From Lophium mytilinum (Eukaryota), in contig MU004194.1 in assembly GCA_010093605.1 (NCBI GenBank), positions 596,323 to 660,322 of the forward strand: a stretch of 64,000 nt of DNA, given 5' to 3'. Below the pieces are notes generated by a model. That model was not told the origin of the DNA, ran no database searches, and worked only from the letters and a program-made list of their open reading frames with translations. Positions 16,956 to 27,269 of this stretch are shown here, piece by piece; within the stretch, counting starts at the first letter, position 1; each line of letters begins with the position of its first letter. Both the position numbers and the translations under genes were made by a program.

Positions 16956-18929
16956 ATGCCTCCACGGACGCCCTCCGTGTCACGCCTCCTCCGCCCACCC
17001 TCCACACCGCCAATTGGCCTCTACGTCTGCCCCTCGTGTTCAGCATGGCGTCTCTCGCGGCCTCTCGCAACCCCCAGAATCCGCGCTCGCCCGCAACAAC
17101 TCCACCCCTTCCGATCTTCCACCCCCCTCCGCCGCGCCTCCTCCCTCGCCTCCTCGACGGCCATCAACGCGCCGCTAGACGTCCCGCCGAGCTTCAAGCA
17201 GCTCCACCACGCCCTCGACGCGCTAGGTAAAACAGCAGCAAACTATGTGAATCTAAGCCGGTTGCAGCTCGCGCTGCGAGGACTAGCGGGGGAAAACGCG
17301 GTAGTGCGGGTCGCGGTGCTGGGAATAGGCGGGCAGGCGCACGCGCGGAAGATGGCGCGGTTGTTGCTTGCGGACCCGCTAGGTGGGGAGGGGGCGTGGG
17401 AGCAGCGGGTGGAGAGTGGGGAGGTTGAGGGCAAGGGGCTGCTGCTACGGTACGGGGATGAGGCGGAGTTTCATCCCAGGAATCCGCTGCTAGAGACGGT
17501 GTCGGTGCCGGCGAAGATGTTGGAGAGGTATCGGATGGAGGTTTTGGTGGTGGGGATTGATGTTGGGGGAGGAGGTGGCGCGGATGGGCCTGGGGAGGCG
17601 ATTCTGGTGCCGAGCTTGCAGATGGCAGCGGCGGCGGGGCCGGGGACGGTAGTGCAGTATCCGGTGCATAAGGCGGTTGTTGTGGGGGAGGGGTTGGAGA
17701 GTGGGATTGCGTATGGGCGGTTTACGGCGGACGCTGCGTCGCGGAGTATACCGCCGGAGATGGTCAAGGTGGCTATTGGTATACCTGCGCCTTCAACCTC
17801 AGTGGGGAATCAGCCGACAAAGGGGGTCACAGCAGTGGACTTAGACGTCGCCGCCAAAGCTCTCGCGAAGTTCAGGGAATCAATCGCAAACTCGGTCGCC
17901 TACGAACACGGATGGTACAGCAGCGGACTACCTGCCATCACGGAGTGGCTCATGAACGGTCTGAGCCAGCAGGGCTCGAAGCTCAAACCAGCTGTCAAGC
18001 ACCTAATCCTATCCAGTCTCGACGACATAGAAACCAAGATCACGGCGGAGGACGCGGACCGCCTCAACCAGCTCGTCGCCTCAACTATCCCCGAACACAC
18101 CCGGACGTCCATCCTCGCCTCTCTCCGAATCTGGGCCGAGCACGCGCACACCGAGCTGCGCGACCACCTCGAAGGCGCCTTCGCCGGCAAAAACTGGCGC
18201 AAAATCGCATGGTGGAAGCTCTTCTGGCGCGTCGACGACGTCAGCATGATCGCCTCCGAAGTGCTCGAACGGCGCTGGCTCGTCGACGCCGAAAAGGGCT
18301 CCATCTACCTCACCGGCCGCCTCGAAGAAGCCGGCCTCTTCAAAGGCCAAACGAGACCCGGCGAGGAGGTCCTCACGAAAAGCCCCGTGAAGCCCCTCGA
18401 CGCCGCGGGGTTCACGACGCCAGTGTCGCCGTTCAAGTGGAGAGCAGTCGCGCAGCACAAGGCCACGCTCGTGGAGGACGGCGAAGTGCGCGTCCCAGCG
18501 CCGAAGCCGTGGCCGATGCAGATTCCGGTTATGCGCGCGCTGTTGCTGAAAGATACGGTGCCGCCGCTCCAAGCACTCGCGCAGAGCCTGGTGATCACGA
18601 CGCTCTCGACGACGTCGCTGGCGTCGGCGCTGTCGGCGCTCGTCTACCTCTCCGTGCCTTCGCTCTCGGTGGTTGAGTCGGCTGCTGTGGCTGTGTTTGG
18701 CGTCGTGTGGGCTCTGAGACGCATGCAAGTGCGATGGGAGGAGGCGCGAGAGGCGTGGCAGGGCGAGATTACGGAGGAGGGGCGGAAAGCGCTCAAGTAT
18801 ACTGAAGATCTGGTCGCGGAGGTGGTGAAGACGGGTGGACAGCCGGACGAGGATGTCGAGGGTGTGGAGCAGAGGCGGGCGGCGAGGGAGGCGGTGCTGA
18901 GGGTGAGAGAACTGTTGAAAGCGTTGTAG
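16956..18929 (+). CDS. Conserved fungal, probably mitochondrial, membrane protein (Mmc1-like), intronless
   Basis: First ATG at 16956 followed by an Arg/Ser/Pro-rich presequence-like N-terminus. Motif WRKIAWWKLFWRVDDV and two C-terminal hydrophobic helices. The family name is from recall. Confidence 0.7.
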   Translation: MPPRTPSVSRLLRPPSTPPIGLYVCPSCSAWRLSRPLATPRIRARPQQLHPFRSSTPLRRASSLASSTAINAPLDVPPSFKQLHHALDALGKTAANYVNLSRLQLALRGLAGENAVVRVAVLGIGGQAHARKMARLLLADPLGGEGAWEQRVESGEVEGKGLLLRYGDEAEFHPRNPLLETVSVPAKMLERYRMEVLVVGIDVGGGGGADGPGEAILVPSLQMAAAAGPGTVVQYPVHKAVVVGEGLESGIAYGRFTADAASRSIPPEMVKVAIGIPAPSTSVGNQPTKGVTAVDLDVAAKALAKFRESIANSVAYEHGWYSSGLPAITEWLMNGLSQQGSKLKPAVKHLILSSLDDIETKITAEDADRLNQLVASTIPEHTRTSILASLRIWAEHAHTELRDHLEGAFAGKNWRKIAWWKLFWRVDDVSMIASEVLERRWLVDAEKGSIYLTGRLEEAGLFKGQTRPGEEVLTKSPVKPLDAAGFTTPVSPFKWRAVAQHKATLVEDGEVRVPAPKPWPMQIPVMRALLLKDTVPPLQALAQSLVITTLSTTSLASALSALVYLSVPSLSVVESAAVAVFGVVWALRRMQVRWEEAREAWQGEITEEGRKALKYTEDLVAEVVKTGGQPDEDVEGVEQRRAAREAVLRVRELLKAL

Positions 18930-19637
18930 GATTACTGGATTGTACAAAATGGATTATGTATTAGGTTTGTGTAATGTATAGCAACCACAATGTGGTCGAT
19001 TTGGGGGCAGAAGGTTTTCGGCATGGCCGTTCATGGTAACTTCCTCATCGGCGGTTCATCTGCTCTTTGACCTTCAGTACCGTGGGTGGTAAGAGACGAG
19101 TGTTGGTGCCCAGAGGCGTTTAGTTTCGAATGTATCCCCTCGAAACGATAACCTGAAGGACGAGTTCCAGGGCTTATTAGTCAATCACCACGAAGCATCA
19201 CGCCACATCGCCAAACACAAGCGGTTGAAGTCAAGGTCTTTTCATTTCCATATTCCTATTTTACGGAAAAGGAGGGGTATCGCCACCATTCCCATACCAA
19301 CACCATGCTCCCCCATTCCATGCAAGTCTCCAACAGAAGAGTGTATTCCGCCAAATAAGCCCGAACCCCAAGCCATGCGTTCCGATCCGCATTTCAGAGC
19401 CCTAGTAGCTTACAAGAAGGGTAAAAGAGGTTGTTTGCCGTCGTTGTAGTTGTTGTCGAAGAAGGCCAAGGGGAGAGAGAAGAACAAGATCACAGATCAT
19501 AAGAAAAAAGAAAAAAAAACCCTCCGATACTAGCGGAGTTTATAAGCCAACAAGGCCCTTATTCGGGAATGAAGTGAAGTAAGGAAAAAGGGGGAGAAGA
19601 ATGCAAAGTCGCAGCGATCTCCTGGGTGCCTGTGTGT

Positions 19638-22086
19638 CTACGAGACCGTGAACATGCCGAGCGTAGCGCAGAAGTTGCTGCGGTTGTCCTTATCGAGCGC
19701 CATGCTAGTACCGTCCTGCGAGATCATGTTGGTGGACGCCTTAGTCGAGATGCCGAACATGTTCACGTTCGACGACTTCTCCACGCTGATCATGTTCTCC
19801 TGGCACGAGTTGGTTGCCAGGCAGTCTTGGTCGTAGTTGCTGAAGAAGCTGTAGGTGCCGGAGCCGTAGCCCCAGATGGAGCTCGAGTCGACGATGCGCA
19901 GGCCCCAGGCGGACTTGCAGGCGTCGGTGGTGCAGGCGGAGAAGTCCGGGTCCGAGTACTTGGCGTTGGTGGTGAAGGGCTGCTCGGAGTTGGGGTTGGG
20001 CTGCATGTAGGGCGTCTCGGTTTGGATGAGGGCGTAGAAAATGTCTTTGGCGTTGGCGAATTGGTAGTTGTAGAGTTGGCTGTGCTCGGCGGCGGTGCCC
20101 CAGAGGTGGACGGGGCCTTGGGATTCGACGAGGAGACCGCGGCCGTTGTAGAGGTCGATCTGGGAGTGGGAGCTCAGGTCTGGTTGGGGTTAGTAGGGTG
20201 ACAGGGGAAAGAAGGGAAGGAGGAACGTACCAAGTTCGTGATCCGCAAGCCAGAACCAGGTGTTCTCGAGGTAAGCGCTGGCGTCTTTGGTGATATGCAT
20301 CATGAGGAACGAGCCGATACAATCAGGGTTGGCATCGTGCTTGGTCGCAGGATTCTTAGCGCACTTGTCGGCCTGCAGCTCGGTTCCTGCAGATCCACCA
20401 ACGCGGAAGTGAACATCCCATAGACCTCCAGCTCCGAGCTCGGAAGCCTTCAGGTTCCACTCCATGAGGATGGCTCCAGGGGCCGCGCCGAGAGTCTCGA
20501 ACACGATGTCGCTCATCTCGAAGGAACCGGAGTCGCCGCTGTTCTCGCCGACCTGGAAGACAGGCTGGGGGTTCGCCATATCATTGAAAGCCTTGCCGGA
20601 AGCCATGAAGAGGGGCCACATCTCGCCAGTCATCTTGATGTTTTTGCCAGCCGGGACGGTAACCGTCTTAGTGATGACATAAGCACCGTGGTCGACATAG
20701 AGAACCTCGCCATCCGCCATCCCGTTGATCGCAGCTTGGATCGCAGCGGTGTCGTCAGTGGCACCGTCACCGGTCGCGCCCTTAGACTTCAGGCTGACGA
20801 ACTGAGAAGACGGGATATTCTCGTACTGGGGTCGGGACTTGGTGAAGACATTTCCTTGCGAGTTCAGGAGGCTGGCAGGCTTGGCAGGGGTGGGGAGGTT
20901 GTCCTGAACGCGACCGCTGGCAGCACCAGCAACTTGGCCCTGAGCCCACGACTTAACAATTCCGCCGCCAGCGAGGATCTCCTTGCCAGTGTAATCCTGA
21001 ACAGCAGTTTGGACGCCGGAGAAGTCAACGTTGTCGATGACGAGGGTTCCGCCGCCGGTCGGGATGCTGTCTTGCGCGAAAGAGGTATTGACACCGATGG
21101 GAGTGTTGGTAATTGTGCTGTCGAGAATGAGGACAGAGCCGACGGTCTGGTTCGTGGGGGCGTTGGCCATGTCGATGCCGACCTTGCAGTTGTTGATGGT
21201 GACACCATGGAAGGTCCATGCCCAGTTCCAGTTCATGAAGATCGCAGTATTGCAGTCGTTGAAGGTCAAGTTGCGGGTAGTGAACTGCTGGTTGCCGAAG
21301 AAAGCACCGTAGTTTCCACCGTTGAAAGTCAGATCGGTCATGAAGCCACCGGATCCGTTGTCCATGAAGATACCCTGCTGGGCATTGCCTGTGCCGCCCT
21401 TGACCATTTCGAATCGGATGTTCTGAAGGCTGGTGGCCTGGCCAACTTGCCAATGGATACCAGCGCCGGCAGTCGCAGGCATAGCGGTCAGGTCAATGAC
21501 GAAGTTGCGGACTTGACGGAAGAAGTTGTTCTGGTTGGTGTACCAGTTGACACCGCCCTCCATGTAAGGATCACTGTGGCGAAATTAGCAATAGCAGCGC
21601 AGGTTTGAGGTACCATACTTACGAATCAATGACTGCCATTCCTGCGAAGCCTGCAGCGGCCTTGATCGTGGGAACGGTCACGGCATCGCCGACGAACTGG
21701 GTGTAGTAGTACTGGATGATGGGCTTGCTGACGACGTAGGTGCCAGGAGGGAAGTAGACAAGAGCCGGAGTCACTGTGCTGGAGTCACAGTTCTGACCGC
21801 AGCGGTTGCCATCGCTGACGGCCTGGTTGATAGCGGCCGTGTCGTCGGTCGAGCCATCACCCTTGGCGCCATAGTCCTTGACATTGCGGAAGATCTTGAA
21901 GTCGGACGCGCCATAGGCAACGACGCCCTGACGCTTGATATCGGCGAGCCAGTAGCTGGAAGCGGCGGCAACTTCTGGAGTTGCGGGCGCGGCGACAGGC
22001 GCGGTGATAGGAGCGGCGAACGAGGTGGTAGCGGTAAAGAGGACGCGCAGCGTCACGAAGAGCGCGGCCGTGCTGAAGGCGACCAT
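19638..22086 (-). CDS. Secreted GH55 exo-beta-1,3-glucanase, 3 exons
   Basis: Signal peptide, FRNVKDYGAKGDGSTDDTAAI, WYTNQNNFFRQVRN, a second beta-helix start GATGDGATDDTAAIQ, WFWLADHEL and the catalytic-region LIQTETPYMQPNP. Confidence 0.96.
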
Positions 22087-23659
22087 GGCGACGATGTAGA
22101 GCTTGAACCTGAAGCGCGCTGAAGCTGAAGAGAAAGAGTGTAGGGACTGAGGGGGTAAATATAGTCAGTGGCCGGCCACTGAGTGTGTTTGTGTGCGTGT
22201 GACAAGACTGGGACACGGGGAGAATTGGAAGAAGCAAGTAGATGGAGCTAGATTCTTGTCTCTGGCGAGGATGAGTCGGCGAAGTCCTAGCTCCGTAGAA
22301 GTGAAGTGAAAGTTCTTAATGAGTGAAGTGGTTGGGGAATGAGTGACGGTGCACGAAAGAAAAGAAGATAACGTCAACAAGCGGAGCCAGGAGCAACAAA
22401 AATGCTGCGTAGAGACGAGGCTTCAGCAGCACCGGGCATTCTTCATATATAGGCGGGCGACAACGAGATTCTACCACTCACAAAGGCATGCAGCGAATTG
22501 TTTCCAAACCTCCCTGTTTCACGTTCTGGCCGGGCGCGATGGTACCTTGGTGCTCCACTCCCTCGGCCAGCGTCAAATAAACAATTTATATCCATCCCCA
22601 CCAAGCCATCCATGCCCTTTGCCTCGTCTGTGGCCCCATTCGATGCCCTCGCACGGAGATCATTCCCTCTAGCCTCGTGAAGAGGCCCGTCGCCGCCATC
22701 TCGTGCCGCATCAGTGCCGGGCATGTTCTAGGGCAGGGCGACGGAATGCGACCCTGTGGCCACCAGGCGCCGGCTGCGCGTGCCACGACTTGCAGGGAGA
22801 TTCCAGCAGGAGGCTTGCGCGTGTCGTGGTCTGGTCAGTCGCGCGATGAAACGGCAGAGAGTCGCTGTCCAGTCGCTGTAAGAGAGGTGTTGAGCCGCCA
22901 AACCTCGTTTCACCGCCCCTGAACCGCTGGCGATGGCAGGCCTCGCGCCACAGCCGGCCGCCTGTCGACTCAAGCTTTTCAAGGGTTGAAACTCGGCCCG
23001 TGTCAGGTACCATTCTGCGCCCGGGGAGCCTGTCCGATGAGTGGCCACCGGCGAGAGATGGCCGTGGGGCAGCCTGAAATGCCGGCTTTTTCGCAGCATA
23101 GTGCCCGCAGCCATTGGCCACGAGCACCGCAAAACAGCCACGGAGGCCACCCGCCGGGCCGCCAGGGAAGGGAGATCCTACGATCTGGAAACGGAGCCCT
23201 TCCTAGCCCTGAATCTGCGCAGAAACACCACGCCTAGCAGCAGGGCTACTGGGCCGTGCGACTCATGCGGCCACTCCGCGAGCGCCTCGAGAGGGCAGAG
23301 ATGTGGCTGCGTGTCGGTGGGCGAGCCGCCCGAGGGCGCTGCGTGAGGTCGTACGGCGAGACGCCATCAGCTGTCAAAGAGGTCTTGGGGACAGCACATG
23401 CCACGTCTACAATATCGAGAGACAGACACCACCCCGCAAGACGACCCTGATACCCCGCGACCGGCAGTGTTGAGCTTCAGGGGTCGGCCTGCTGCTCGGA
23501 AATAAAGGGTGTTGCGACGGCTGATGAGGCAGGTCGCAGGCCATAGAGTGCTTCCATTCATGTGACTGCCGATCGACGTCTCCTATAAAGTGCCGTGCTC
23601 TGAAATTGAAGGAGGCTATCGCGCTGGCAGTACTGGGATTGCTTTTCTGCGTGCGCTGC

Positions 23660-23683
23660 TGCCATTGGCTGCCATTGGCTGCC
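23660..23683. repeat. Short tandem repeat (GCCATTGGCT)x2, each unit containing a CCAAT box on the minus strand
   Basis: Sequence gccattggctgccattggctgcc lies upstream of the GH55 gene. Confidence 0.4.
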
Positions 23684-23828
23684 AAACGTAAATTCTGTAT
23701 TTCATCGTGCATGATTCGCCGCGTTGAGTGCTTTTGTGCTACATGGAGCTGTCTAGAATGTGTCTAACATGGAATCCCTCGGAGACGGCTGCAGCCCTTC
23801 GAGGACCGCTGTAGTCGTACAGACACCA

Positions 23829-25581
23829 TCACCAGAAACTACTTGGCGCTTTTGCTGGAGTGTCCTTCCCGCTCGAGTTCGCGTCCGCTGGAGGTTGCAT
23901 TGCCTTCAATCCTTCGCTGTCGCCAGTTTGCATCGAGCGGATCACATTTGCTAGCCTGCGGACTCCCTCGCCCAGCGCAGCTTCATCCTCCCATGCGAAA
24001 CAGAGTCTCAGATCGTGCGTGAATCTGGTCTTGGGGTGGTGAGTATCGCCCGGCACCTCGAAGAGCTCGCCCGGTGCCACGATCAAGTTTTCCTCTTCTT
24101 TCGCCCTTTGTGCGACTGCCGTTCCATTTAGCGACGATGGCAGCGTGAGCCAGATGAAGTAGCCGCCGACTACATCTCGGTCTGGCTGCGGCACCGTCAC
24201 ACCAAGTGGCAAGACCTCAGCCTCGATGGCTGCCATCATGGTTCGCCAGCGGGAAGCATATGCCGGTTGCAGCGTACCTACGTATTCCTGAAGCTCACCA
24301 GATTGCAGTGTCTCAGCGACGAAGCATGCAGTGAGCTGGCTCGGGGAACCTCCAGACCTCGAAGACCCTCTGTGTACCGTGTCAGTCAGATTTCAGATGG
24401 AATTCCGGGGTTCTCCCGCCAACGTTTGCCCGGCTGAGCGGTTGTACGGGATACAAAGCGCCAGAAACGGTCAGCAAGCCACTGTGCGCTCGAAAATTCC
24501 CATCAACAGCCTAACATGACCAAATACAGTGCCCAATGTAGCAGGTACTTGCTGCCGGTATGCGCGAGGCGGGGATTCCTACGTTTGTGAGACTCCATAT
24601 GCCAGCTTCTCGGTTCCTTCCACAAATCCGGTCCTGAGGCCTGGGCCTACATCGCAGCTGTCAGTATCTTGCCTCACGCAAAGCCACCGCCTTTACTCAC
24701 CTGCTATCTTTGACACGGTCATGTTGCTAACCGTATTGCCAAACCCATCAGCGCCTTCTCTCTCGGAACCGCCGTCAAGGTAACGATCGACATCTACAAG
24801 CCTAGGGGGGACAGCTTCGTCGAGACTCGAGTCCTGGGGGTCCTTCCGCCAGCAAAGCATATCGTAGACATCGTCGGTGACAACGAGGGCGTCAAACTCT
24901 CTTGCCACTCGAACTAAGTCTTCTCGGCGTCGCAGTGACATCGTCTTGGACGACGGGTTGGAGAAAGTTGGCACGGCATAGATGAAGTGGCGATAAGTCT
25001 TACTCCATGGTCGTGGAGGCTTGAGTTTCTGATTGAGATCATTAATGAGAGTAACTCACCTCGTCACTAGAACCTACAGGTGAGTTGTTCCTATCAGCGC
25101 GCGCTTTCTCCTCGCTCTTACGCAGCTCCTGTCGGAGATATTTGATATCAATACCTTCTTCGTCTTCAGGAACTGCCCTCAGCTTCCCATGAAAGCCGCT
25201 GTCTTCAAAGATACGGAACGCTAACATGTAAGCAGGGGCTACGAGCCAGATATTACGCGTGAAAATGGGGTCGGAAAAGGTCTGTAGGAGGCATGCTAGA
25301 CTCTGCGATGCACCTCCAGTGATTGTGATTCTTTCTGGGGCAATGGGCTCTTGGTGCTTATAGAAGGTCGTCAGCCATGACGCTACGTTTTTCCTTAGCC
25401 GCGGGTCTCCTTCGTCAGGGCCATAAAGCATTCCAGGGATGGCTTCTTTCTTGTTGGATAGAAGACTGTTGGTAGCTCTTTGCATGAGCTGCGTCGGCAA
25501 AAGAGAGGTCGACGGCCAGCCCCGAAGGAGGTTGATGAGGGGCTTGGTATGCATCTCGTCCTTAGGGATGACTGCGGTCAT
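23829..25581 (-). CDS. PLP-dependent class I/II aminotransferase (Aro8/YER152C/MocR-like), 4 exons
   Basis: INLLRGWPS, YGPDEGDPRLR, ITGGASQSL, YAVPTFSNPS, DDVYD, the PLP lysine motif SKIAGPGLRTG, GGYFIWL and LRLCFAW. Confidence 0.92.
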
Positions 25582-27269
25582 GCTTGCTAGGGGCTGCTTT
25601 CTTGAGCTCTTCTAAGACGGCTGATTATCAGGTGGGCATGAACTGAAGATGATGGTGCGATTGGACTCTCAAAGGAAGTGGCTGAGGCTTGCACTCCCAC
25701 GGAGCTGGCCACCAGCCTGGTCCCTTTTACAAACTTCAACAGAAACTCCACACATACATTGCAGGTGCCCGCCTTATGTCAGGTTTCGGTACCCACGGGC
25801 TGTGAGCTCTTCCGGTGAGGATGACAACCTTGAATGCTGACGACGTGTTCGACAACCGTGCCACAATCTCTAGGCTGGTGCAATTAGCTGCCTTGGCAAA
25901 CAGCCTTGATAGACAACACGTTCAGAGCGTAGATGTTCCCGTAATTTTGGATGACTGGCAGAGTGGTGGTTGGAGCGGAGTAGGTATGTACAAAGGTAAG
26001 AGCGAGTGTTAGTGCGAGCAACTTTTCGTTAATTACGCAATTAGTTTACACACCTCTACCTACAAGGTACAAAGGTAGGCTCTTCTTGCCAAGAACAACG
26101 CATGTTCCTAGGTAGTTCCCGAACGGCTTGGAAAGGTAATGCTATGTAGGCCCGATAGAAGAGACTTACCGTGTGACGCATGCGAGTGAGTTTGACAGGG
26201 CTGAGGTCAGAGGTCTAGAATAACGCACGTGACCAAAGAGAGTTTGGTCCTCTTGAAAGCGGACGCCGTCACATGCTTTATGTATGCACATCCCAGATCT
26301 AGAATTGTGCCCGAGTTCTCGCAGAGTTCCCCGATTCTGCTCAGCTCGTGTCTAGATGCGCATTAGCCCTCTCCTTAACCCCAGAGAGCACAAAGGTCGG
26401 TCGAACAACGTGATCTTCCCGGACACGAATCGATAACCCCAGCCGACAGTGCCGCGTAGACTTACGTCGCCTGCGGCCCTCTGCGGACCCCGCCGTTACG
26501 ACGCAATATATTGGGTTGGCCTGCCCCTTTCCACAGCGTTGTTGCTGATGCCTTCGATATGGGCGGCCTTGGGAATTATACGTTTCACACCACACACTCG
26601 CGATGCTGAGTGAGTGCAGCGAATGCAGTGCCTCTCTGGGCGGGTCCCGGGGAAATGGTAGCCCGCAAGCTGGGTCCTGGGACGGCTAGCTCGGCCCCAA
26701 GACAGGACGTGCTAAGCGTGGTGCGCGGCGTGTAAGAGGTCGAAATTTCTGCGCGGATTGACGCAACAAGGCGCAGGTGCAGTATTTGCCTCGTCGAGCG
26801 CTGCGAAGGGGCTAGCCATCGGGAGATCGCAGCGGCGTCTGACCGTCAGTCCGGCGCAATTCGCAAAAATAACCCCATGACGCCTCACAGCGGGCGTGGT
26901 GGACTGAAAGCCCCCCACCACAGCAGCAGCCATCGCCAGCACACGAGGGAGTGCGCGAGGCTGCGGTGATCCTGCCGGCCAGCACCGCCAGCTTTTTCAC
27001 TGGGGCCTTCGGCCGTGCAAGGATTTGCAGCCCGGTTTGTAGCATTACGTGGTTGACGGCCACGGCGGCTCTCTAGTCGTCAGGCTCGTCCCCATAAGAT
27101 GCCCACGGAGCACTGGGTTCCTGCGCCGAGTTGCCATGAAACAAACCCCCTCGTGGCCTATTTCCCTAAGTTACACCCTTTAAGCCGCCCCCGGTGCCCT
27201 ATAATTCCCTGCGTCCTGTTGTTTTGCGGATTTTATTGCTCCTCCCTCGTGTATTCCTAGCACTCCATC

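Noticed and set aside
17912..18947. Long overlapping ORFs (254 aa on +, 288 aa on -) inside the Mmc1-like gene
   Set aside because: These are shadow ORFs caused by high GC3, and they give Arg/Pro-rich translations with no motifs.
20688..21608. 306-aa antisense ORF over GH55
   Set aside because: It is an in-register antisense shadow of a codon-biased gene.
22343..23750. Cluster of short GC-rich ORFs
   Set aside because: There are no motifs or consistent splice structure. The region is best read as the GH55 upstream regulatory region.
24370..24582. TPP riboswitch in the aminotransferase intron
   Set aside because: The conserved CTGAGA and downstream aptamer core motifs are absent on the transcribed strand.
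26300..27200. GC-rich intergenic stretch as RNase P/MRP, SRP or telomerase RNA
   Set aside because: I recognised no conserved core motifs. An Infernal scan would be needed to decide.
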